A stretch of 64,000 nucleotides of DNA. It comes from Bacilli bacterium (GTDB lineage: Bacteria; Bacillota_I; Bacilli_A; RFN20; CAG-826). Shown one piece after another: positions 18,860 through 28,559 of the stretch; the first letter of the stretch is position 1, and each line of letters begins with the position of its first letter. Location: assembly GCA_900767825.1 (NCBI GenBank), contig CAAGAN010000033.1, positions 128,533-192,532 on the forward strand. Reading direction: 5' to 3'. A program made the position numbers and the translations under genes. The notes beneath the pieces are model-generated. The model worked only from the letters and a program-made list of their open reading frames with translations, was not told the DNA's origin and did no database searches.

Positions 18860-19342
18860 ATGAGTGAATTTTTTAAAAAGAACAAAAATATAATATTTGA
18901 GATAATTAGATTCCTTCTAGTTGGAGGCCTAGCCACCCTAGTTGACTGGGGTGTATCATTTCTAGTCAAGGCAATAATGCCTTTAATAATGGTAAATAGC
19001 TGGGATGTTTCAGGAACTATATCCACCGCCTGTGGCTTTATTGTTGGATTATTCATAAATTATTTTCTTAGCATCATCTTTGTCTATAAAGATAAAAAGG
19101 ATGAAAACGAAGGAAAATCATTTAAGGATTTCATGATATTTGCAACAATTGGAGTCCTAGTTTTATTATTCCAGTTCCTTCTAATTTTCCTAATAAATGA
19201 CTTACTTTTTGTTAAAGGAATGAATTTTAATGTAATTCTAATTGGAGAATTAACATGGGGATATATAATCGCGAAAGTATTAGCCACTGCAATCGGGCTA
19301 GTCTTGAATTATATATTCAGGAAGATATTGATATTCAAATAG
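18860..19342 (+). CDS. gtrA: GtrA-family membrane protein
   Basis: 160 aa with four hydrophobic segments. IIRFLLVGGLATLVDWGVSF is the typical GtrA N-terminus. Confidence 0.8.
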   Translation: MSEFFKKNKNIIFEIIRFLLVGGLATLVDWGVSFLVKAIMPLIMVNSWDVSGTISTACGFIVGLFINYFLSIIFVYKDKKDENEGKSFKDFMIFATIGVLVLLFQFLLIFLINDLLFVKGMNFNVILIGELTWGYIIAKVLATAIGLVLNYIFRKILIFK

Positions 19343-19352
19343 GAGAAAGTAA

Positions 19353-20888
19353 ATGCAAAAGATAGCCATCATAATCGGAGCAGGTCCAGCAGGACTTACA
19401 GCAGCCTATAAATTATTAAAAGAAACCGATATAAAGCCAATTATATATGAAGAGAGCAATGTAATCGGTGGTATTTCCCAAACTTTTGAATATAAAGGCA
19501 ACAGGATGGATATCGGTGGCCACCGCTTTTTTACCAAAAATGATTTGGTCATGGATGTCTGGAAAGAATTAATGAAACCTCAAGGAGCCCCTGCTTTAGA
19601 TGAAAAACTCCTTAATGAAAATAAGCAATACGAAGGAAAAGCAGATCCTGAAAAAGAAGATGATGTCTTCTTGACTAGAAGAAGGGTTTCTAGGATTTAT
19701 TATCTGGGCAAATTCTTTGATTATCCTATATCAATGAAGCCAAGAACATTTTTAAACATGGGCTTTTTTAGAACCATGTCGGCAGGGTTTGGTTATATTC
19801 ATTCCTGCATCTTCAAAAAGAAAGAAGATTCCTTGGAGAATTTCTATATCAACCGTTTTGGTAAGCCTTTATATAACATGTTCTTTAAAGACTATACGAC
19901 CAAAGTCTGGGGAAGAAGCCCGAAAGAAATCTCTCCAGATTGGGGAGCCCAAAGGGTAAAAGGATTATCTCTTATGAAGACATTTGTCTCTGCCCTTACT
20001 AAGCCATTCAGGAAGAAATCTAGTAAGGTAGAAACTTCTTTAATCGAAGAATTCTATTATCCTAAAAAAGGACCAGGCCAACTCTATAGCAAAATGGCAG
20101 ATGAAATTATAAAAATGGGAGGAGAAATCCACTTTAACTCCAAAGTAGATAATGTCCACCTAAATAGAAATTCTATCGATTACATCGATGTTAATGGGAA
20201 TATAGTCAAAGGGGATTATTATATTTCTTCGATGCCTATAAAAGATTTAATGAATTCGATGAATGACGTCGATAAATCATTGCTAGATATAGCAAATAAC
20301 CTCCCATATAGAGATTTCATCACGGTCGGATTATTGCTTGATAAATTAAAAATCAAGAACAAGACTAAGATGAAAACAGTCAATAACATCGTCCCAGACT
20401 GCTGGATTTATATTCAAGATAATTCTGTAAAACTAGGAAGGCTTCAGATATTTAATAACTGGTCCCCATATATGGTAGATGATTTGGAAAAGCACATCTT
20501 TGTCGGATTAGAATACTTCTGTAATGAAGGTGATGAGATGTGGAACATGAAGGAAGAGGATTTCATTAAATTCGCGATTGATGAATTGGTTAAAATCAAG
20601 ATAATTGATAAAGAAGATGTCCTTGATTCAGTCGAACTAAAAATAAAGAAAGCCTATCCTGCCTATTTTGATTCATATGCAGAATTCCCGAAAGTAAAAG
20701 ATTATCTAAATTCGATTGATAACCTCTACTGCATCGGAAGAAATGGCCAGCATCGATATAACAACATGGACCATTCGATGTTAACTGCAATCGAAACAGT
20801 GAATGTAATCAAAAACGGTCTTGATAAATCCATTATCTGGAACGTAAATGCCGATAAGGAATATCACGAAAGCAAAAAAGCCAATTAA
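19353..20888 (+). CDS. NAD(P)/FAD-dependent oxidoreductase (amine-oxidase / UDP-galactopyranose-mutase-like Rossmann family)
   Basis: 511 aa. [16 protein letters not shown] ... [11 protein letters not shown] ... [17 protein letters not shown] 10 nt after the gtrA stop. Confidence 0.75.
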   Translation: MQKIAIIIGAGPAGLTAAYKLLKETDIKPIIYEESNVIGGISQTFEYKGNRMDIGGHRFFTKNDLVMDVWKELMKPQGAPALDEKLLNENKQYEGKADPEKEDDVFLTRRRVSRIYYLGKFFDYPISMKPRTFLNMGFFRTMSAGFGYIHSCIFKKKEDSLENFYINRFGKPLYNMFFKDYTTKVWGRSPKEISPDWGAQRVKGLSLMKTFVSALTKPFRKKSSKVETSLIEEFYYPKKGPGQLYSKMADEIIKMGGEIHFNSKVDNVHLNRNSIDYIDVNGNIVKGDYYISSMPIKDLMNSMNDVDKSLLDIANNLPYRDFITVGLLLDKLKIKNKTKMKTVNNIVPDCWIYIQDNSVKLGRLQIFNNWSPYMVDDLEKHIFVGLEYFCNEGDEMWNMKEEDFIKFAIDELVKIKIIDKEDVLDSVELKIKKAYPAYFDSYAEFPKVKDYLNSIDNLYCIGRNGQHRYNNMDHSMLTAIETVNVIKNGLDKSIIWNVNADKEYHESKKAN

Positions 20889-20900
20889 TTTGGCTTTTTT
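20874..20900 (+). terminator. rho-independent terminator after the oxidoreductase gene
   Basis: AAAAAAGCCAA-TTAA-TTGGCTTTTTTT. The stop codon sits in the loop and the element is symmetric. Confidence 0.8.
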
Positions 20901-20984
20901 TATGGGTAAAAATCAATTTTTTCTTGCCTATAGGAGTTGCTAAGACTAGACTTAACCACGTCAAAACAAGGAGAGGCTTTTATT

Positions 20985-22838
20985 ATGAATAAAAGAAACA
21001 TTGCAATCATCGCACACGTAGACCACGGAAAGACTACTTTAGTCAATGCACTTCTAACTGCATCCGGGACTTTTAGGAATAATGAAGCTGTCGCCGATAG
21101 GGTCATGGATTCAAATCCGCAGGAAAGAGAAAGAGGAATCACCATTCTTTCAAAGACCACTTCCATTGTCTATAAAGATACAAAAATCAATATAGTAGAT
21201 ACTCCAGGGCACGCTGATTTTGGCGGTGAAGTCGAACGTATCATGCACATGGTCGATGGTTGTTTATTACTTGTCGATGCTTTCGAAGGAACAATGCCTC
21301 AAACTAGGTTTGTCTTAAAAAATGCCCTTGAAAACCATATAAAGCCAATAGTCGTCATCAATAAGGTCGACCGTCCAAATGCCGATCCTCAAAAAGCAGT
21401 CGATGAAGTCTTGGATCTATTTATCCAATTAGGTGCTCCAGATGATTTGCTTGATTTCCCAGTTGTCTATACTTCAGCTTTAAACGGAACTAGTAGCTAT
21501 TCTAGTGATCCTTCAACCCAAACTAAGGGAATGGATCCTGTATTTGAAACAATACTAAAGGAAATCCCTGAACCAATCTGTGATCCTTCTGGACCATTTA
21601 GATTTCAACCAGCTTTGCTTGATTATAACGAATTTGTCGGAAGAATCGGCATTGGTACGATTAGAGGCGGATCCATTAAAGTTGGCGATACAGTTACTGA
21701 TATTGCAACTAACGGAAACAAAAAAGACTTCAAAGTCATGAAATTATATACTTTCCTTGGATTGAAACGTGTTGAGACTAACCAAGTCGAAAGCGGCGAT
21801 ATCTGCGCTATTGCAGGTTATGATGAACTTAATGTCGGTGATACTATCTGCGCCGTTGGGCATGAAAATCCACTTCCTCCGCTTAGAGTCGATGAACCAA
21901 CCTTACAAATGGAATTTGGTACCAATTCGTCTCCATTAAGGGGACAAGATGGCAAATTTGTCACCGCTAGGGTTATTGAAGAAAGATTATTCGAGGAAGT
22001 CCAAAGGGATGTTTCCTTAAGATATAAACGTATACCAAATACCGAGACTTGGATCGTTTCTGGTAGAGGTGAACTCCATCTTTCTGTTTTAATCGAAACC
22101 ATGAGAAGAGAAGGATATGAACTAGAAGTATCTAAGCCTCACGTCATCATAAAAGAAATTGATGGCAAGAAATGCGAACCTTACGAAGACCTTCAAATCG
22201 ATGTCCCAAGCGAATTTGTCGGAGATATAATGGAAACTCTAGGCCAAAGAGGCGGAATAATGTCCGATATGAATGAAAATAATGGACAGACAAGGCTAAA
22301 TTATGTCATTCCTTCTAGAGGCTTATTAGGATTCGTATCTAATTTCCTTACCTTAACAAAAGGTTATGGAATCATTAACCATACATTTAAGGAATATCGC
22401 CCAATCTATAACCATGTAGTTGGAGAAAGAAACCTTGGGGTTCTTGTATCTGTTGATAAAGGACCTGCCACTCCTTATTCAATCGAAAAGGTTGAAGACC
22501 ACGGGATTATGTTTATCCTTCCAGGAACGATTTGCTACGAAGGTATGATTGTTGGGGAGCATAGATATCCAGTCGATCTCTGTGTCAATGTCACCGCGAC
22601 CAAACCTCAAACTAACGTTAGAAGTTCCAATAAAGACCAGACAGTTGTCTTGAAGAGTCCTAGAAAGATGTCGCTAGAAGCTTGTTTGGATTATATTAAT
22701 TCCGATGAATTAGTAGAAGTCACTCCTCTAGCATTCAGGATGAGGAAAAGGATATTGTCCACTCCTGACCGTAAGAAATTCGACGCCAAAAAGAAGAATG
22801 AAGACGAATTGAATAACGAACTTTCTTCTTATTGCTAA
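20985..22838 (+). CDS. typA: translational GTPase TypA/BipA
   Basis: [19 protein letters not shown] ... [26 protein letters not shown] precedes the ATG at 20985. The ORF-track start at 20937 is an upstream extension. Confidence 0.95.
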   Translation: MNKRNIAIIAHVDHGKTTLVNALLTASGTFRNNEAVADRVMDSNPQERERGITILSKTTSIVYKDTKINIVDTPGHADFGGEVERIMHMVDGCLLLVDAFEGTMPQTRFVLKNALENHIKPIVVINKVDRPNADPQKAVDEVLDLFIQLGAPDDLLDFPVVYTSALNGTSSYSSDPSTQTKGMDPVFETILKEIPEPICDPSGPFRFQPALLDYNEFVGRIGIGTIRGGSIKVGDTVTDIATNGNKKDFKVMKLYTFLGLKRVETNQVESGDICAIAGYDELNVGDTICAVGHENPLPPLRVDEPTLQMEFGTNSSPLRGQDGKFVTARVIEERLFEEVQRDVSLRYKRIPNTETWIVSGRGELHLSVLIETMRREGYELEVSKPHVIIKEIDGKKCEPYEDLQIDVPSEFVGDIMETLGQRGGIMSDMNENNGQTRLNYVIPSRGLLGFVSNFLTLTKGYGIINHTFKEYRPIYNHVVGERNLGVLVSVDKGPATPYSIEKVEDHGIMFILPGTICYEGMIVGEHRYPVDLCVNVTATKPQTNVRSSNKDQTVVLKSPRKMSLEACLDYINSDELVEVTPLAFRMRKRILSTPDRKKFDAKKKNEDELNNELSSYC

Positions 22839-23749
22839 TCAATTTGGATTGAAGTAATCTCTTCAATCCTTTTTTTATCTTTTTCTAGTTGGATTTTTAA
22901 TTCTTCTAAGGAAGCAAACTTCTTTTCATCACGTAAGAATGAAAGGAAGCTAATATAGACATGTTTATTATAGATATCTTGGTCAAAATTAAGTAAATGG
23001 GCTTCTATTATAGGCTTTTCCAATTTACCAACTGTAGGATTATTCCCAACGTTTATCATTGATTTATAAGGGATCCCGTTTACATAAGCAAGGCCGAAAT
23101 AAACCCCATTTTTAGGCATTACATAAGGAGAGTCAAAAGAAATATTTATAGTTGGGAAGCCAATATTCCTTCCATTATGGAACCCTTCTTTTACTAATCC
23201 ATATATTTCATATGGATGAGAGAGGAATCTAAAGGCTTTCCTTACATCTCCTTGCTTAATAAATTCCTTTATAAGAGAAGAAGAAATCTTTTCATCTCCG
23301 ATATATTCGATATCAAGGGCGAATACCTTGAAATACTTTTGTAACAAATATATATCGCCTTGACCAAATTTACCAAAGCTATAATCTTTCCCAGTTACAC
23401 ATGTTTTAACTCCCAAAGGAATCAATACTTTTTCGATAAATTCAACAGGAGTCAAATCAAAGAAAGCCTGGTTTACATCGATTATAAAGCAATAATCTAG
23501 CCCTACTTTTGATATATATCTAATCTTATCATCAAGTGAAGTAAGTACTTCCTTGCTTTTATTTCTAGATAGAAATAGCTCTGGAGAAGTTGAAAACAAA
23601 AGGATACCTGAGCTAGAAGAAGATTCTAGTCTAGCTTTATAGGCAAGTTTAGAATGGGCTTTATGGAATCCATCGAAAGTACCTAATGCTAAAGTCAACC
23701 CTTCAATTCTTGGGAATTGCTTATTTAAATCCAAATGAATTATTTCCAT
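22835..23749 (-). CDS. ribF: bifunctional riboflavin kinase / FMN adenylyltransferase
   Basis: 304 aa. GTFDGFHKAH and GRNIGFPTINI. TAATG overlap with the truB stop. Confidence 0.9.
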   Translation of the reverse strand: MEIIHLDLNKQFPRIEGLTLALGTFDGFHKAHSKLAYKARLESSSSSGILLFSTSPELFLSRNKSKEVLTSLDDKIRYISKVGLDYCFIIDVNQAFFDLTPVEFIEKVLIPLGVKTCVTGKDYSFGKFGQGDIYLLQKYFKVFALDIEYIGDEKISSSLIKEFIKQGDVRKAFRFLSHPYEIYGLVKEGFHNGRNIGFPTINISFDSPYVMPKNGVYFGLAYVNGIPYKSMINVGNNPTVGKLEKPIIEAHLLNFDQDIYNKHVYISFLSFLRDEKKFASLEELKIQLEKDKKRIEEITSIQID

Positions 23750-24594
23750 TAAAATAAACCTCTTAAACAGGAATAATATCCATTTTCATCCTTTTTATAA
23801 ATAGCAAGGGCTTTTTGGTTGCTATAAAGAAATATCTTTTCTTCATCTCTATCCAATTTAATCTTCTTGCCGTTTTTTATATCGTCGATATCTTTTCCCT
23901 TTAATTCAAGCGAAGGTAAGAAAGAAAGAATATCCTTAACTGGAATAATATCATTTTCATCGATATCTTCCTTCTTTTTGGCTTTTATCAAATCAGAATC
24001 ATCAACTTCGATTCGCCTTAATTTATCTAGATATCCAATCGTATTTAATCTAGAAGCAAGAGTTTCTCCTAAACTACGAATATAAGTTCCCTTGGATACT
24101 TTTACATAAAAATCTATGTAAGGAAATTTATAGTCGATGAGTTTTGATTCGAATATCTTTACTGGTCTTTCTTTGCGTTCAATCTCTATTCCTTCCCTAG
24201 CTAAATCATATAAAGGGGTCCCATTTACTTTTATAGCAGAATACATCGGAGGTATTTGACTAGTTATATCTAATAAAGAGGAAACGGCTTCTTCAACAGT
24301 TTCGATTTTATAAATCTTAGTAGGTTGGCATTTAATTATCGGGGTATCTTTATCTAAGGAAGAAGTTGTTTTCCCTAAAACAAGCCTAGCAATGTAGCCT
24401 TTTTTGCTATCTTCAAGAAAAGAAAGTGCCTTAGTCGCCTTATTGATTGCCACGATTACAAGTCCAGTTGCAAAAGGATCTAAAGTGCCTAGGTGACCTA
24501 CTTTCCTAGTCTTGAACTTCTTTTGGAAATAATTATCTATATGTCTAGTAGTCTCATTTGGCTCTTTATCTACTAGAATAAATCCATCAAGCAT
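23749..24594 (-). CDS. truB: tRNA pseudouridine(55) synthase
   Basis: MLDGFILVDKEPNETT ... GHLGTLDPFATGL. ATG at 24594; the ORF-track start at 24600 is a TTG. Confidence 0.9.
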   Translation of the reverse strand: MLDGFILVDKEPNETTRHIDNYFQKKFKTRKVGHLGTLDPFATGLVIVAINKATKALSFLEDSKKGYIARLVLGKTTSSLDKDTPIIKCQPTKIYKIETVEEAVSSLLDITSQIPPMYSAIKVNGTPLYDLAREGIEIERKERPVKIFESKLIDYKFPYIDFYVKVSKGTYIRSLGETLASRLNTIGYLDKLRRIEVDDSDLIKAKKKEDIDENDIIPVKDILSFLPSLELKGKDIDDIKNGKKIKLDRDEEKIFLYSNQKALAIYKKDENGYYSCLRGLF

Positions 24595-24672
24595 AGGCAA
24601 ATTATATAAAAATATAGGCTTTACTTCTATAAAAACAATGACTATTGGCTTTAGGAAAGATAAACTATTGCC

Positions 24673-25815
24673 ATGAAATATATAAGAAAAGTCTTAGCAT
24701 GTTTAAGAAAAGCCGATGAAAGATACGCTCTAATCGATGATAACGATAGAATTGTCCTTGGAATATCTGGGGGAAAAGATTCTTTATGCCTATTAAAAGC
24801 TATGTCGATATATGGCAAATTCTCATCAAAAAACTTTAAGATTTATCCAGTCTGCCTAGATTTAGGGTTCCCTGATTTTAATTCGGTTGAATTGGAAAAA
24901 TATTGTTCTTCCTTAGGATTAAAATTAAGGGTAATCAACTGCAAGGAAATCTATCCCATATTAGTAGAGCATAAAAAAGAAGACGGACACTTGCCTTGCT
25001 CGATATGTGGCAGGATGAGAAAGGCCGCGATTAATCTAGAAGCAAAGAAACTGAAGGCTAATAAAGTTGCTTTTGCCCATCATAGAGATGATGCGATTGA
25101 AACATTATTCATGAATATGATTCATGGGGGAAGAGTTGCAACATTTGAGCCAAAAATGTACCTTTCTAGGGCTAAAATCACATTTATCCGACCTTTAATC
25201 GAATGTTGCGAGCTAGATTTAATCGGGATGGCAAATGAGGAAAATCTTCCTGTAATGAAGAAAATCTGCCCTGCGGACGGCTTTACCGAAAGACAATATA
25301 TAAAAGATTTCCTTAATGGTCTATATTCTTCTAGAAACGATTCGATCACCAATCTAGCCGAGATGCTTTCTAATGATGAAGGATTCAAGCTTTATTTCAA
25401 TTTATTAGAAACTACTTCTACTAGAATCCATTCCCTTTCATATAAAAGAATCAATAACGTCAATGATTTTAAATCCTTAATAGAATTTTCTAATAAGGAA
25501 AATATAAAACTAAGCAAAAAGGTTAGTAAGGGTGAGACTATTTTATTATTAAGAAACCACAAAATAATTGGTTATATGGTAATTAATAATATATCCACCC
25601 ATTCAATTGAATTTGTTGATTTTGAATGTTTGGGGAGCAAGGAAGAAAAAGAAGAATACCTAAAATTATATATCGAGACTTATTCAAGAAAAGTAGTCCC
25701 CGTTACTTATATTTATAGCTGCAGAAAGGACAAAAAAATAGCCTCCATGCTAGGTTTTAGCAAGAAGGCTAATAAAATGTATTCTCTAAAGATAGTTACT
25801 ACGCATCCTTTTTAA
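24673..25815 (+). CDS. TtcA-family PP-loop ATPase (tRNA thiolation type) fused to an unassigned ~140-aa C-terminal domain
   Basis: 380 aa. GISGGKDS PP-loop, LPCSICGRMRK and KKICPADG Cys motifs as in TtcA. Residues from about 240 to 380 are extra. Confidence 0.65.
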   Translation: MKYIRKVLACLRKADERYALIDDNDRIVLGISGGKDSLCLLKAMSIYGKFSSKNFKIYPVCLDLGFPDFNSVELEKYCSSLGLKLRVINCKEIYPILVEHKKEDGHLPCSICGRMRKAAINLEAKKLKANKVAFAHHRDDAIETLFMNMIHGGRVATFEPKMYLSRAKITFIRPLIECCELDLIGMANEENLPVMKKICPADGFTERQYIKDFLNGLYSSRNDSITNLAEMLSNDEGFKLYFNLLETTSTRIHSLSYKRINNVNDFKSLIEFSNKENIKLSKKVSKGETILLLRNHKIIGYMVINNISTHSIEFVDFECLGSKEEKEEYLKLYIETYSRKVVPVTYIYSCRKDKKIASMLGFSKKANKMYSLKIVTTHPF

Positions 25816-26158
25816 GGGATTCGATTTGGCTTTCTTCTCTTTCTAAGGCTTTATCTAATGATTCGGCTTTATCAAAAGATTCATCAAGAATGAAAGTTAT
25901 CTTTGGAACTGAATATAAATCCATCTTTTTGGCAAGGGAGCTCCTAACGAAGCCACTTGCTTTTTTTAATTCGGCAAGCTTAGTTTTTGGGTGATCTCCG
26001 AAGAAAGTAACATAGACTTTCGCCTCGCTATAATCATCATTGACCATTACTTCGTTAACGCTAACTAAGCCAATATGGGGATTTTTAATTTCCCTAGAGA
26101 TAATCTCAGAGATGTCTTTAGCAATGACAGCTTTTATTCTACCTTGTCTATTGGCCAT
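25799..26158 (-). CDS. rbfA: ribosome-binding factor A
   Basis: [26 protein letters not shown] lies 6 nt upstream of the ATG at 26158. The ORF-track ATG at 26176 lies just 5' of and abuts that SD (ATGAAAAAGGAG). Confidence 0.9.
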   Translation of the reverse strand: MANRQGRIKAVIAKDISEIISREIKNPHIGLVSVNEVMVNDDYSEAKVYVTFFGDHPKTKLAELKKASGFVRSSLAKKMDLYSVPKITFILDESFDKAESLDKALEREESQIESLKKDA

Positions 26159-28022
26159 CGCTTTCTCCTTTTTCAATCATCTCATATCCTTCGATGATAT
26201 CGCCTTCTTTGATGTCATTATATCCATCGATTGTAAGGCCACATTCATAACCTTCCTTGACTTCCTTGGCATCATCTTTGAATCTTTTAAGTGATCCGAG
26301 TTTGCCTTCATAAATGACAACACCATTTCTCATGAGACGAATCTTGCTTCCATTTTTAAGGAAACCACTAGTAACATAAGATCCACCGATTGTACCAATC
26401 TTAGAAATCTTATAGATATGCCTAATTTCTGCTTGTCCGGTAATGTTTTCAACCTTTTCGGCAACAACCATACCCTTCAAGGCCTTTTCCATTTCATCAA
26501 GCAATTCATAGATTATCTTATGTAGATGTATTTCGACATGGTTTTCTTCTGCCATAGTCCTAACTCTAGCATCAGGTCTAACATTGAAGCCAAATATGAC
26601 AGCATGGCTAGCGTTGGCAAGCAAAACATCGGAATCAGAAATTGCCCCAGCTGAGGCAAGCAAGACATGAATCTTGACTGAATCATTAGACATCTTCTCC
26701 AAATTGGCCTTCAAAGCTTGGGCCGTACCATCGCTATCAGCCTTGACAATAACATTGAAATCTTTGATTTTGCCAGCGTTTACTAGGTTATTTAAGTCAT
26801 TTAATGACATGGCGCTAGTTTGTCCTCTAGATGCTTCTAGTTTAGCTTGGCTACGTTTTAAGGCAATATCCTTAGCTTGTTTTTCTTCTGGGAAAGCCAT
26901 AAATCTATCGCCAGCACTAGGAACGGCAGCTAGCCCGATAACGGAAACTGGAGTTGATGGGCCAGCAGACTTAAGAACCTGCCTAAATTCGTTACTCATC
27001 CTCCTTATTTTTCCATAAGTTTCGCCGACAACGACGAAATCACCGGAATTCAAAGTACCATTTTGGACTAATAAAGTAGCTTTTGGCCCTTCGCCTTTAT
27101 CTAGGTTTGCTTCCAAAACTGTACCTATTGCATATCTAGAAGGATTGGCCTTAAGTTCAAGCATTTCAGCCTTTAAGGTAATCATTTCTAGTAAATCATC
27201 GATGCCAATTCCTTTTTTGGCAGAAATCTCACAACACATGACATCTCCACCATAATCTTCACTAATGACATCATGTGCCATTAGTTCTTCTTTTACTTTT
27301 CTAGGATTTGCTCCGGCTTTATCGATTTTATTAACGGCAACAATGATTGGAACTCCAGCTGCTTTAGCGTGGTCAATAGCTTCAATTGTCTGGGGCATGA
27401 CTCCATCATCAGCAGCAACGACTAGAACAACAATATCAGTAACAGAAGCACCTCTAGCCCTCATTGCAGTAAAGGCAGCATGCCCTGGAGTATCGATAAA
27501 AGTAATCTTCTTGCCATGTATTTCTTTTTGGTAAGCGCCTATTTCTTGGGAAATTCCACCGGCTTCAGTATCGACAATATGGCTAGATCTAATCGCATCG
27601 ATCAAGGTAGTCTTACCATGGTCGACGTGACCCATGATAGTAACTACTGGAGGACGTTCTTTTAAATCTTTTGGATCATCTACTATATCAAGTTCTTCAA
27701 AATTAGTTTCATCAACGACTTTTTCCTTTTTGAAGTCATAACCGAATTCAAGACAAATTTCGCCTATGGAATCATCATCAAGAGTCGAATTGATTGTAAA
27801 TGCCTTATTCTGCATGAAAAGATACTTGATAATATCGGTAGCAGGGATATTTATAGCCTTTGACAATTCACCTAATGTTATAGGTTTGGAATAGACAAAT
27901 ACGCCACCATTGACTTTAGCATATTCGTTTCTCCCTTTTGATTTAGAAGGAGAGAAATTGCTCATTCTATTATTTACTGGGCCATTATTTTTCTTTGATT
28001 GGTAATTGTTCTTTTTGTTCAT
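26148..28022 (-). CDS. infB: translation initiation factor IF-2
   Basis: 624 aa. [42 protein letters not shown] lies inside the 3' end of ylxQ. Confidence 0.95.
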   Translation of the reverse strand: MNKKNNYQSKKNNGPVNNRMSNFSPSKSKGRNEYAKVNGGVFVYSKPITLGELSKAINIPATDIIKYLFMQNKAFTINSTLDDDSIGEICLEFGYDFKKEKVVDETNFEELDIVDDPKDLKERPPVVTIMGHVDHGKTTLIDAIRSSHIVDTEAGGISQEIGAYQKEIHGKKITFIDTPGHAAFTAMRARGASVTDIVVLVVAADDGVMPQTIEAIDHAKAAGVPIIVAVNKIDKAGANPRKVKEELMAHDVISEDYGGDVMCCEISAKKGIGIDDLLEMITLKAEMLELKANPSRYAIGTVLEANLDKGEGPKATLLVQNGTLNSGDFVVVGETYGKIRRMSNEFRQVLKSAGPSTPVSVIGLAAVPSAGDRFMAFPEEKQAKDIALKRSQAKLEASRGQTSAMSLNDLNNLVNAGKIKDFNVIVKADSDGTAQALKANLEKMSNDSVKIHVLLASAGAISDSDVLLANASHAVIFGFNVRPDARVRTMAEENHVEIHLHKIIYELLDEMEKALKGMVVAEKVENITGQAEIRHIYKISKIGTIGGSYVTSGFLKNGSKIRLMRNGVVIYEGKLGSLKRFKDDAKEVKEGYECGLTIDGYNDIKEGDIIEGYEMIEKGESDGQ

Positions 28023-28326
28023 TTTTATCTCCTTTTAAATCCATTTTCTTCTTTAGGGCAAGACTTGATTTCTTATCAGTTATCCCAAGGAGAGATATCT
28101 CTTCGTAACCAAGTGCTTCGCCTAGCTCGGCTTTGCTAAATGCCTCTAATACTTCAATATTGAATTTAGAAGCATAGCTAAGCGCCTTCTTTCTAGTATT
28201 TGATGAACAATCAGTTGCTAATAGAACCAATTTGGTTTTAGGAGAATGGTAACTAGCTTCGCCAAAAAGCAATTTGCCTCCCCTATTTAATAAACCTATG
28301 AATCCTATTAGCTCTTTCTTGTTCAT
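27985..28326 (-). CDS. ylxQ: L7Ae-family RNA-binding protein YlxQ
   Basis: 113 aa. Conserved position between ylxR and infB. GLLNRGGKLLFGE motif. Confidence 0.75.
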   Translation of the reverse strand: MNKKELIGFIGLLNRGGKLLFGEASYHSPKTKLVLLATDCSSNTRKKALSYASKFNIEVLEAFSKAELGEALGYEEISLLGITDKKSSLALKKKMDLKGDKNEQKEQLPIKEK

Positions 28327-28559
28327 TTTTCTAGATAGTTTTTTAATTCCTCGCTTATCAATCCAAATCTATTCGACTTGGATTCAAGGAATTTCTTAAT
28401 CTTTTCCTTATCTTTAACAAGGTAGATACCTCTACCCAATCTAGTTTGGTCTAGATCAGGATAGAGATATCCATCAATTTTAATTAGGCGTAACAATGTA
28501 GATTTTTCAAATTGCTGCCTAGAAATTACATCAGTACGGATAGAAACCTTATTTTCCAT
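28323..28559 (-). CDS. ylxR: YlxR/DUF448-family RNA-binding protein
   Basis: Conserved position after nusA. LLRLIK ... GRGIYL. I prefer the MENKV start at 28559; the ORF track extends it to 28622, inside the nusA tail. Confidence 0.65.
   Translation of the reverse strand: MENKVSIRTDVISRQQFEKSTLLRLIKIDGYLYPDLDQTRLGRGIYLVKDKEKIKKFLESKSNRFGLISEELKNYLEK

Noticed and set aside
20937-20984. Upstream extension of typA offered by the ORF track
   Set aside because: The ATG at 20985 has a strong AAGGAGAGG RBS and yields the canonical [19 protein letters not shown]-terminus. The extension would cover the likely promoter.
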